Below are positions 1-7,217 of a stretch of 10,474 bases of DNA, one piece after another. Both the position numbers and the translations under genes were made by a program. The notes beneath the pieces were generated by a model, which saw nothing but the letters and a program-made list of their open reading frames with translations, had not been told where the DNA came from and did no database searches. Each line of letters starts with the position of its first letter. Position 1 is the stretch's first letter. Origin of the DNA: Tolypothrix carrinoi HA7290-LM1 (lineage in GTDB: Bacteria; Cyanobacteriota; Cyanobacteriia; Cyanobacteriales; Nostocaceae); NCBI GenBank assembly GCA_019358935.1, contig JAHHIK010000179.1:1-10474 (forward strand). Reading direction: 5' to 3'.

Positions 1-1
1 T

Positions 2-61
2 GAAGACTTGCTTGATACTTTGCCGGAACCACTAAAAGAAAATATCACGGCGCTTGGTTAA
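2..61 (+). CDS. 3' end of an upstream gene, product unknown (partial)
   Basis: Open frame from the window edge, EDLLDTLPEPLKENITALG*, ending at TAA 59-61 and followed by hairpin-rich intergenic DNA. Too short to identify. Confidence 0.5.
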   Translation, partial: EDLLDTLPEPLKENITALG

Positions 62-124
62 CCCTGCATCGTAGCTTTCATCCCCTGGCTAAAGCCAAGG
101 GGTTTTCAGCATACCTCTTATAAA
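62..124. repeat. Hairpin element resembling an orphan IS200/IS605-family end
   Basis: CCCC-TGGCT-AA-AGCCA-A-GGGG hairpin at 82-102 within ttcatCCCCTGGCTAAAGCCAAGGGGttttc. It resembles subterminal hairpins of IS200/IS605-type elements. No tnpA or tnpB is adjacent. Confidence 0.45.
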
Positions 125-135
125 TCACCGAAAAT

Positions 136-254
136 CGCCCGCAGGCTAGAAGCCTGGGGCTATACGAACGAAGCCCGCCTACGCGGGCTGTAATTCTACT
201 AGGCTGCGGAGGCAGCCTTTGCTCGTATAGCCCCACCCTTCTAGGGTGAGGGCG
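136..254. repeat. Composite palindromic REP/MITE-like element (two inverted halves, each with two hairpins)
   Basis: Outer CGCCC/GGGCG pair. Hairpins at 142-156, 172-189, 201-218 and 234-248. Internal arms GGGGCTATACGA (156-167) and TCGTATAGCCCC (223-234) are exact reverse complements. Confidence 0.8.
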
Positions 255-348
255 TATTTCAATACCGTAACCTGAAAAAAATCATCAGTTACAGTTACCC
301 CAGATTGTGGCATAATAAGCCGATCGCATACACTACCACTTTCCTGCC

Positions 349-1380
349 GTGCAATCAACGGATAATATCGATGATTTGGCTGCTGCCCTACAACAGCCAG
401 CAGATTTGACTTTTGAACTGCCCGATCCGGAAGATGAAGAGATTCCAGAGTCAGATTTTTTACAACAGCTAGAAGTAGCTTGGCAGGTATGCGATCGCTT
501 TGATTTGCAAACCGAAATTTGGCGGGGTCGAATTTTACGCGCAGTCCGTGACAGAGAAAAAAGAGGTGGTGAAGGACGCGGTACCGGCTTTCTCAACTGG
601 CTGAAAGAACGAGAAATCAGCAAAAGTCAAGCTTACAGTTGGATTCAACTAGCAAACAGTGCTGATACACTTCTAGAAGATGGCAAACTTCAGCCCAGCG
701 CGATTAAAAACTTCAGCAAACGCGCTTTTGTGGAAACCTCGAAAGCAGCACCAGAAGTGCAACAAATGGTGAGTGAAGCTGCCGAAAAAGGCGATCGCAT
801 CACTCGTCGCGAAGTCCGTCAAATCAACGACGAATGGACGGCGATGTCTTCCGACTTGCTACCCGAACCAGTAAGACAAAAAGCCGCAGATAATACTCTT
901 CCTCCGCGCTACCTCGCCCCTCTGGTGAAGGAAATGGAAAAACTCCCCGAATCGCATCAAAAATCGCTACAGAAAGAAATAGCCGCAAATCCTGATGTCG
1001 ATACTCTCAAACAAGTCACCACAGAAGCGCGTAACTTAGCAAAATATCTCAAATCTGCGGCACAAGTTCAAGCCCTAGATCAAGAACAAGTTGACATCGA
1101 AACCGCTTTAGAAGAAGCGCAAAGAGTCGGCTGTTTAAATATAGCTGCCGATTTAGTTAATCAATCATCGCAAATAGAACAAACGATCGCCAAACTCTAC
1201 ATGACTTGGAAGCGCATCAATAATTTAGCCGATCGCTTGTATGTAGATACCGGTGCTTCAACACCAAACTTGCGATCGCTTCTCGATTGTTTAGAACCCT
1301 TCGGTGGTGAAGTTATGGAAATTCAACTTGGTGGGGCAATGGAGAAGACTATTCGCTTGCAAATTCAAGAGACGAATTAG
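349..1380 (+). CDS. Hypothetical protein, 343 aa, all-helical, with a possible DUF3102-like N-terminal helical/HTH segment
   Basis: Long ORF with GTG start and embedded HIP1 sites. Segment GFLNWLKEREISKSQAYSWIQLA resembles the DUF3102-type pattern GxFxxWL...SxxxAxxxMxxA (judged by eye). Confidence 0.85.
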   Translation: MQSTDNIDDLAAALQQPADLTFELPDPEDEEIPESDFLQQLEVAWQVCDRFDLQTEIWRGRILRAVRDREKRGGEGRGTGFLNWLKEREISKSQAYSWIQLANSADTLLEDGKLQPSAIKNFSKRAFVETSKAAPEVQQMVSEAAEKGDRITRREVRQINDEWTAMSSDLLPEPVRQKAADNTLPPRYLAPLVKEMEKLPESHQKSLQKEIAANPDVDTLKQVTTEARNLAKYLKSAAQVQALDQEQVDIETALEEAQRVGCLNIAADLVNQSSQIEQTIAKLYMTWKRINNLADRLYVDTGASTPNLRSLLDCLEPFGGEVMEIQLGGAMEKTIRLQIQETN

Positions 1381-1560
1381 GAATGGGGAATGGGGAATGG
1401 GGAATGGGGGACAAGGGGGACAAGGGGGACAAGGGGGACAAGGGGGACAAGGGGGACAAGGGGGACAAGGGGGACAAGGGGGACAAGGGGGAATTACCAA
1501 TTACCAATTACCAATTCCCAATTCCCAATTCCCAATTACCAATTACCAATTCCCAATTCT
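1381..1560. repeat. Compound short tandem repeat (STRR-type) block
   Basis: (GAATGGG)x4 at 1381-1408, (GGGGGACAA)x9 at 1406-1486, and (AATT[A/C]CC)x9 plus a partial unit at 1492-1560. Such heptamer arrays are typical of heterocystous cyanobacteria. Confidence 0.95.
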
Positions 1561-1562
1561 AC

Positions 1563-1591
1563 AAAAAAAAGCCTCCCGACATTGAGAGGCT
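1563..1591 (-). terminator. Intrinsic terminator of the 1041-aa gene
   Basis: Minus strand AGCCTCTC-AATGTC-GGGAGGCT (8-bp stem with one G-U pair) followed by a run of T, about 30 nt after the stop at 1622. Confidence 0.75.
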
Positions 1592-1621
1592 AAATAAGTT
1601 TAGCGGAGACAACTTTTTCAA

Positions 1622-4600
1622 CTAGGCAAGCATAACAGCGATCGCTCCTCCAAGTGCTGCGAAAATGGCAGATACAGTCGCGGTTGCAAACAACCACCAA
1701 GCTGCTGATGCTGCTGCTTTACGGGTTTCTTCTGCTTGTCGCTGCGCTTGCTGTTTCACTTCTTCCAAGCGTCGCTGTGCTTCTTGTTGAATGCGTTCAG
1801 CGCGTTGTAGCACTTTGTTACGCGCTCCTTCGATTTGGTCGATAATTCGGTTAGCGTCTTCTTCAGAGATATCCTCACGAGAACTCATAACTGCTACCAA
1901 GGTTTCGCGGTTGAAGGAAGATAGGCGATCGCGCATTGCTTCAAATCCCGCTTGCGGATCGTCGAACATCTGGCGAACATCGCGCTTGATACCATCATAA
2001 TTCAATTCCGGACGTTCCAAAGAGTTAAGGTAGTTACGAATTGTGCCAAAAATACCATCTAGCACACCTTGAATCTGGCGTTGAATACCCCGCACTTGTT
2101 CAACAAACTGCTGCTGCACTGATATCATATTATCAGCAATTTGTGCTGCTTCTTCGTCGGTAATATCTTCGCGAATTTTCAGCAAAGCGATGATTGTCGA
2201 GCGGTCAAATTGGGAAAGACGTTCAGTTATACTTTCCATTCCCACTCGCGGATCGTGCAACAGTAATTGCAAGTCGCGTTTGATACCTTCAGGATTAAGT
2301 TCTTCCTTGCCAGTTCCTCGCAGATACTCTTGCAAATAAGCTTGGAAAGTTTCTACTCTTTGCTGCGTTCTAGTAGCTAAACGACGCGGCGCACGGACAA
2401 TATCGCGAATTGAGGTTTGCACCGAATCGATGACTTGATTGACTTGTTCTTCGCTCAAGTCTTTACGTTGGCTCAGTAGTTTCACCAGCGTATCTCTATC
2501 AACTTGCGACAACCGCCGCCGTAGTGCCATCGCTCCCTCTTGGGGGTTTTCAAACAATCGATTTAAATCGCGTTGAATACCTTCGGGGTTAAGTTCTTGT
2601 TTGCCAGTATTTCGCAGATAATCGGCGATCGCACTCGTCGCTGAGTCGTATTGCTCTTTAGCTTTATCGGCTAAAGCTTGCGGTGCTTGACGAACACTGC
2701 TCCAAGATTGATCAATAGCATCAATCGCTTGATTAACTTGGTCTTCGCTCAAATCTTCTCGCTGACTCAACAATTGTACCAGCGTATCGCGATCAAAGCG
2801 AGACAACCGCGCCCGAATTGAGGAAATTCCCGCTTGCGGATCGTCCAAAAGCGTTTTCAAATCAGCGCGAATCCCATCCGGATTCAATTCTCCTTTGCCA
2901 GTGTTACGCAGATATGACTCTAAATTCAACCACAGCGTTTCTGCTTGATATTTTGCTTGATCTGCCAGTCCTTTGGACTCAATCAAAGCTTGATCGCGTT
3001 GATTTTCCAACTGGTCGAGAATTCTGTCAGCTTCCTCTGGCTGAATATCATTGCGTTGCAGCAGTATATCTCGCATTTCCTGACGGTCAAATTGAGCCAA
3101 ACGCCGAGATAAAGTTTCATAATCCGCATCAGAGTCTTCCAGCAACGGTTTGAAATTCTGCTGAATTGCTTCTGGGGTCAAATCCGCTTTTGGTGTAACT
3201 AGTAAATAACTTTCAACTCGACGTTGTAAGTCTTGTACTATTTCCCTTTCTTCCGCTGCGGTGACTTCTACCAGCACTTGTTGACGGATAACTTCAAGCT
3301 GATTGACAATCCGCTCAATTTCTGCTTGCGTTAACAATCCCCGTTCTTGGAGAATATTAGCAAAATCTTGTTTGGAAAGTCGCTCTATCTCGCGCTTTAC
3401 TGTTCCCGGATCGGCAGATGGATCGTAGAGTACATCACGAAATTCTTCCGCGATTTTTTCTCGACTTAGTTGCCAAGCATAAGTGTTGTGCAGGTAGTTT
3501 TCTACATCAGCACGAATCGGGCTGAAAGGCTGCTTTGGTGTGGGAACTCCTAATTGATCGGCTTTTTCGGTTACTTTATCTTTGGCAGTAGAAAGACTAC
3601 CTAAGATTTTTTCTACATCCAAATCTGACAAATCCGTGCGTCCCATCACTATACCAGTCAGCGCAGTGATTCCCTGTTGCAGAGTTCGCTGAATTGGACC
3701 TGGAGTAGCTTCTTGAGTTGCTCTTTGGTCAGCTTCTTTAGAAGCACGCATCTCGGACATTAACTGATCCACCTTGCGGTTCAGTTCATCTGTCTTAGTT
3801 TGTCCTGGCTGTACAGATTTGAGATATTCCATCAACTCAGCCAAGCGGTCTTGACCGGGTTTGTTACTAACAACCTGTTGCCAAACGCCATATAATGTGT
3901 CCGCAAGTCGGTTAATATCGCGTTTGGAAAGGTCAGTGCGATCGCTTACCAAACTAACAAACTTGTCCCGGTCGATGTTGCGTAAATCTGGACTACCCGC
4001 TAGTGCTTTTAATTGCGGATCGTTGAGCAATTTTTCAAACTCACCCCGAATTTTCGATAAATCGAGTTCAGGGGGACGCACCATTTCTAAGTAATCTTCG
4101 ATATTGTCTCGGATAGTACCTGGGTCAATCGCACTGCCGATTTCTCGGCGTACAGCGGCAGCTGCTGCTTCTGCGGTGGCGACAACTTGATTATTGATCG
4201 CTTTCGCCCCCAATGCGGCGGTAGCCGTCCCCATAATCGCCTGAAAGCCGGATGTTGCGGTATTTACGACCGAGCCAACTAAGGAACCTACCGTAGTTGA
4301 ACTTACCCACACCAACAGCAAAAAGTACGCACCCCAAATTACTAAACCTAAAATCGCTCCCAATCCCGGACTCAAAATTAGGAGGCTCAATTTTACCGCT
4401 AAGAAAGTGGCGATTAATAGAGCGATCGTCACCGTGACTAGCGTCCAAATCCCGACCGCAGTACCAATTTTGCGAATTGTGCCGCCTATACTATCATGAT
4501 TTGAGCTAGAATCCGAGTCTGATTGATGCCCCAGGTAAGTAATACCTGCGGCTACCGAGAGGTTTGTTAAGACTAATTGGATGGCAAAGGCTAGAATCAC

Positions 4601-4747
4601 GCCAGAAATCAAAGCCACAAAAAAGCGCGGTCCTGAAGTCACAACAGATGCCTGTGCTGGCGTAATTGTTGAGGGGTCTACTGGAACCTGTGCCAACCAA
4701 AAGAGCGGCTTGTACAGTCCCAGCATTATTTGTGTACTCTGAAACAT
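1622..4747 (-). CDS. Large membrane protein (1041 aa) with about 3 N-terminal TM helices, about 7 helical repeats and a C-terminal TM helix; function unknown
   Basis: Hydrophobic segments at about aa 42-150 and aa 1015-1040. Repeated motif YLxxTGKxELNPEGIxxDLxxLxxDPQxG...RLSxFDRxTLVxLLSQRxDLSE. RBS-like AAGGAA upstream of the ATG. Confidence 0.9.
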   Translation of the reverse strand: MFQSTQIMLGLYKPLFWLAQVPVDPSTITPAQASVVTSGPRFFVALISGVILAFAIQLVLTNLSVAAGITYLGHQSDSDSSSNHDSIGGTIRKIGTAVGIWTLVTVTIALLIATFLAVKLSLLILSPGLGAILGLVIWGAYFLLLVWVSSTTVGSLVGSVVNTATSGFQAIMGTATAALGAKAINNQVVATAEAAAAAVRREIGSAIDPGTIRDNIEDYLEMVRPPELDLSKIRGEFEKLLNDPQLKALAGSPDLRNIDRDKFVSLVSDRTDLSKRDINRLADTLYGVWQQVVSNKPGQDRLAELMEYLKSVQPGQTKTDELNRKVDQLMSEMRASKEADQRATQEATPGPIQRTLQQGITALTGIVMGRTDLSDLDVEKILGSLSTAKDKVTEKADQLGVPTPKQPFSPIRADVENYLHNTYAWQLSREKIAEEFRDVLYDPSADPGTVKREIERLSKQDFANILQERGLLTQAEIERIVNQLEVIRQQVLVEVTAAEEREIVQDLQRRVESYLLVTPKADLTPEAIQQNFKPLLEDSDADYETLSRRLAQFDRQEMRDILLQRNDIQPEEADRILDQLENQRDQALIESKGLADQAKYQAETLWLNLESYLRNTGKGELNPDGIRADLKTLLDDPQAGISSIRARLSRFDRDTLVQLLSQREDLSEDQVNQAIDAIDQSWSSVRQAPQALADKAKEQYDSATSAIADYLRNTGKQELNPEGIQRDLNRLFENPQEGAMALRRRLSQVDRDTLVKLLSQRKDLSEEQVNQVIDSVQTSIRDIVRAPRRLATRTQQRVETFQAYLQEYLRGTGKEELNPEGIKRDLQLLLHDPRVGMESITERLSQFDRSTIIALLKIREDITDEEAAQIADNMISVQQQFVEQVRGIQRQIQGVLDGIFGTIRNYLNSLERPELNYDGIKRDVRQMFDDPQAGFEAMRDRLSSFNRETLVAVMSSREDISEEDANRIIDQIEGARNKVLQRAERIQQEAQRRLEEVKQQAQRQAEETRKAAASAAWWLFATATVSAIFAALGGAIAVMLA

Positions 4748-5069
4748 GATATTTCCTTCTTAATCGTTTAATTCACTAGAAATTTAAAGATTACGTGAGA
4801 ATAAATTTAGCATCTGTTGCAATACCCAACTAGTGTAAATTTCAGAATCGTGGAATGTAGGCGTTAAGAGCATCTCTCTGAGGTTTGAATCTTCTCTACA
4901 GCGCTGGATATAATTTTGGTAAATTCTCGATGTAGATGGCGATCGCTCACTAATAATCTGCATTTATTTTGACATTAGATATTTTCACCTAGCTTCCTTC
5001 ATCTGCAAATTCCATTTATTTCTATTAACAGCAAATTTATTGCTTTAAATCTGGGCTTGTTATCGCTTC

Positions 5070-5087
5070 GTAACATTTATTTACAAT
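5070..5087 (+). promoter_or_regulatory. HLR1-like RpaB-binding direct repeat upstream of the hli genes
   Basis: GTAACATT-TA-TTTACAAT matches (G/T)TTACA(T/A)(T/A)-N2-(G/T)TTACA(T/A)(T/A) with one mismatch and overlaps a TACAAT -10-like hexamer. HLR1 sites are known at hli promoters. Confidence 0.6.
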
Positions 5088-5223
5088 TTTTGTTTTTATC
5101 ACCCTCTGAAGGTGGATTTATCCGTGCAAAACAATATTCAGACATTGTGCCCATAGACAGAAAGCATATTAGTTATATCTAGCTACATTAAAGTTAACAA
5201 GCAAAAAGTTCAGGACAAAAAAA

Positions 5224-5427
5224 ATGGAATCTCGCCCTACTACCGATTTACCACCTGTTGCTAAAGAATATAACGGCATAGACAGAAACGCTTTTAAATT
5301 TGGCTATAATCCTCAAGCTGAATTATGGAACGGTCGTCTTGCAATGATTGGCTTTCTTGCTTACTTAGTTTGGGATTTAGCAGGCTATAGCGTTCTGCGT
5401 GACGTGTTACATTTCATTGGTTACTAA
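5224..5427 (+). CDS. hli: High-light-inducible protein (HLIP / CAB-ELIP-HLIP family), copy 1
   Basis: AELWNGRLAMIGF chlorophyll-binding motif (ExxNGRxAM) in a single TM helix. AGGA upstream of the ATG. Confidence 0.95.
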   Translation: MESRPTTDLPPVAKEYNGIDRNAFKFGYNPQAELWNGRLAMIGFLAYLVWDLAGYSVLRDVLHFIGY

Positions 5428-5469
5428 TAGTTATAAAACGCAAAAACTACTTGATTTAGGAGAAAAACA

Positions 5470-5673
5470 ATGCAAACTCGTCCTACTACCGATTTACCAC
5501 CAGTTGCTAAAGAATATAACGGTGTAGACAGAAACGCTTTCCTATTTGGCTTTAATCCTCAAGCCGAATTGTGGAATGGTCGCTTGGCAATGATTGGCTT
5601 TCTTGCTTACTTACTTTGGGATTTAGCAGGCTATAGCGTTCTGCGTGACGTGCTGCATTTCATTGGTTACTAA
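5470..5673 (+). CDS. hli: High-light-inducible protein, copy 2
   Basis: Same ExxNGRLAMIGF motif; AGGAG RBS upstream. Confidence 0.95.
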   Translation: MQTRPTTDLPPVAKEYNGVDRNAFLFGFNPQAELWNGRLAMIGFLAYLLWDLAGYSVLRDVLHFIGY

Positions 5674-5724
5674 AAATTAAATATCTGAAAATACAGAAAA
5701 ACTACTTGATTTAGGAGAAAAACA

Positions 5725-5928
5725 ATGCAAACTCGTCCTACTACCGATTTACCACCAGTTGCTAAAGAATATAACGGTGTAGACAGAAACGCTTTCCTAT
5801 TTGGCTTTAATCCTCAAGCCGAATTGTGGAATGGTCGCTTGGCAATGATTGGCTTTCTTGCTTACTTACTTTGGGATTTAGCAGGATTCAGCGTCGTTCG
5901 TGACGTATTGCACATCATCGGTTATTAA
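5725..5928 (+). CDS. hli: High-light-inducible protein, copy 3
   Basis: Same ExxNGRLAMIGF motif; AGGAG RBS upstream. Confidence 0.95.
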   Translation: MQTRPTTDLPPVAKEYNGVDRNAFLFGFNPQAELWNGRLAMIGFLAYLLWDLAGFSVVRDVLHIIGY

Positions 5929-5938
5929 TTATAACTTG

Positions 5939-5963
5939 GTAGGGGCGGCGTTTACCGCCCTTA
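5939..5963 (+). repeat. GTAG-type REP-like hairpin, possible terminator for the hli genes
   Basis: GTAG followed by GGGCGG-cgttta-CCGCCC and then an AT-rich tail, starting 10 nt after the hli3 stop. Confidence 0.55.
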
Positions 5964-5988
5964 TTTAATAATCGGTTTGGCACATATT

Positions 5989-6017
5989 GTACAGACGTTC
6001 CATTGGAACGTCTCTAC
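5989..6017 (-). repeat. GTAG-type REP palindrome
   Basis: Minus strand GTAGAGACGTTCC-AAT-GGAACGTCTGTAC, a 13-bp stem with one mismatch. It overlaps the kinase stop codon. Confidence 0.75.
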
Positions 6018-7135
6018 CTAACTATTCCCACTTTTGGCAAGCGAAGCCAAAAACGCGAACCACCTTCCGGACGAGGTGAATAACCAATTTCCCCTCCCCA
6101 ACGTTCAACAGTAATCCGACAAAAATAAAGTCCCAAACCGACTCTACCGGATCTACCTCTTCCTTGAGAAAACTTTTGGAATAAATTTTGTGCCATTTCC
6201 GGTGCTACACCAGAACCCTCATCATTGACAGTTACTAAAACATATTCCCCATCTTGTTGCAAACCAATTGTCACAACAGACCCCCCAGGACTGTGACGCA
6301 AAGCATTTTCTGCCAGATTTGAAATTACTCTATCCAAACGCGATTTATCACCAACCACTTTCCAGTCTGCTGTCAAGTCAACATTGCCAGCAAGCAATAA
6401 CCGCATTTTGTTCAGCGAAAAAGTAGGGGTTAAAATTTCGATAACTTCTTGTATAGAAATTAAGGCATCCGGTGCTTTATCGACATCAACAGTGAAAGCT
6501 TCCAGCGATTGGACTTCTGCCGAAAATGCATCTAATATTTCCCTAATCAGCATTTCTTGCTTGATAGATTGTTTTCGACCAATTTGTAAACGTTCTTTAC
6601 CCTTTGGTGTCAAGTTTTCAAATTCCAGCAATGCCAAACAGCAATTAATACCGCTTAATTGACCTGCGATATCATGTATAATGCAGTGAATTAAAACTTC
6701 TTTTTTTTGATTCTCTTTTAATAACTGTTGATAAGTTAATTTATTTTCTCTAGCTTTCTGAATTATAGATTGTATCTCTTTGTATTCACCATCTAACGAT
6801 TCGATTAATAAAATTTTTTTATTATTTATACAAATTGCTGAAGCTTCAAAGTAATATTCTTCACCAGTTAAATCTATTTCAGTCCATAAACCTGATTTTA
6901 GTTTCTCTTGATTATTGCTTTGCCAGAATTCTTCAGCATCAATTAAAAAGTTTTCTATAAAGGAAAACTCTTCTTCAGGTATTAATATTTCCATCCCCGA
7001 TGTCACCCCACGACGACAAAAAGACCGCAACCAATTTGGTACGGTTCCAGTAATTCTAAAAGAGTTTACATTAAGTCTTTCTAATACTAAGATATTCAAG
7101 GCTGCGAAAACATCTGCCGTAAGAGACTCGCTCAT
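6014..7135 (-). CDS. Soluble sensor histidine kinase (N-terminal PAS-like domain, HisKA, HATPase_c)
   Basis: H-box IIHDIAGQL (His154), N-box ISNLAENALRHS, G1 DEGSGV, F-box LFQKF, G2 GLGLYFCR. No TM segment. Confidence 0.92.
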   Translation of the reverse strand: MSESLTADVFAALNILVLERLNVNSFRITGTVPNWLRSFCRRGVTSGMEILIPEEEFSFIENFLIDAEEFWQSNNQEKLKSGLWTEIDLTGEEYYFEASAICINNKKILLIESLDGEYKEIQSIIQKARENKLTYQQLLKENQKKEVLIHCIIHDIAGQLSGINCCLALLEFENLTPKGKERLQIGRKQSIKQEMLIREILDAFSAEVQSLEAFTVDVDKAPDALISIQEVIEILTPTFSLNKMRLLLAGNVDLTADWKVVGDKSRLDRVISNLAENALRHSPGGSVVTIGLQQDGEYVLVTVNDEGSGVAPEMAQNLFQKFSQGRGRSGRVGLGLYFCRITVERWGGEIGYSPRPEGGSRFWLRLPKVGIVR

Positions 7136-7217
7136 AATTTTAACTAGATAAAATAAGTATAATTTTTATTTATTAAAACTAAAAATGTATTGCTTCGCTT
7201 GCTTTGTTAGCAGTAAA

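Noticed and set aside
333..623. 96-aa minus-strand ORF
   Set aside because: Antisense shadow of the 343-aa gene with no recognisable motif.
1381..1560. Possible CRISPR array
   Set aside because: Units are 7-9 bp tandem repeats with no unique spacers, and there are no cas genes.
1291..1625. Four short ORFs with (PPC)n, (GGQ)n, collagen-like (GDK)n and (GTR)n repeats
   Set aside because: All are frame translations of the perfect 9-bp DNA repeat, with no synonymous variation, and some overlap real genes.
1654..4700. Six short ORFs inside the 1041-aa gene
   Set aside because: Antisense or alternative-frame shadows fully nested in a well-supported CDS.
1622..4747. Calling the 1041-aa protein an MFS or other transporter
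   Set aside because: Only about four hydrophobic helices; most of the protein is soluble helical repeats.
5070..5084. NtcA box (GTA...TAC)
   Set aside because: Spacing is N9 rather than N8; the HLR1 direct repeat explains the sequence better.
7180..7216. Possible terminator between the PAS-like gene and the kinase
   Set aside because: The stem is short and mismatched with a long loop; too weak to support.
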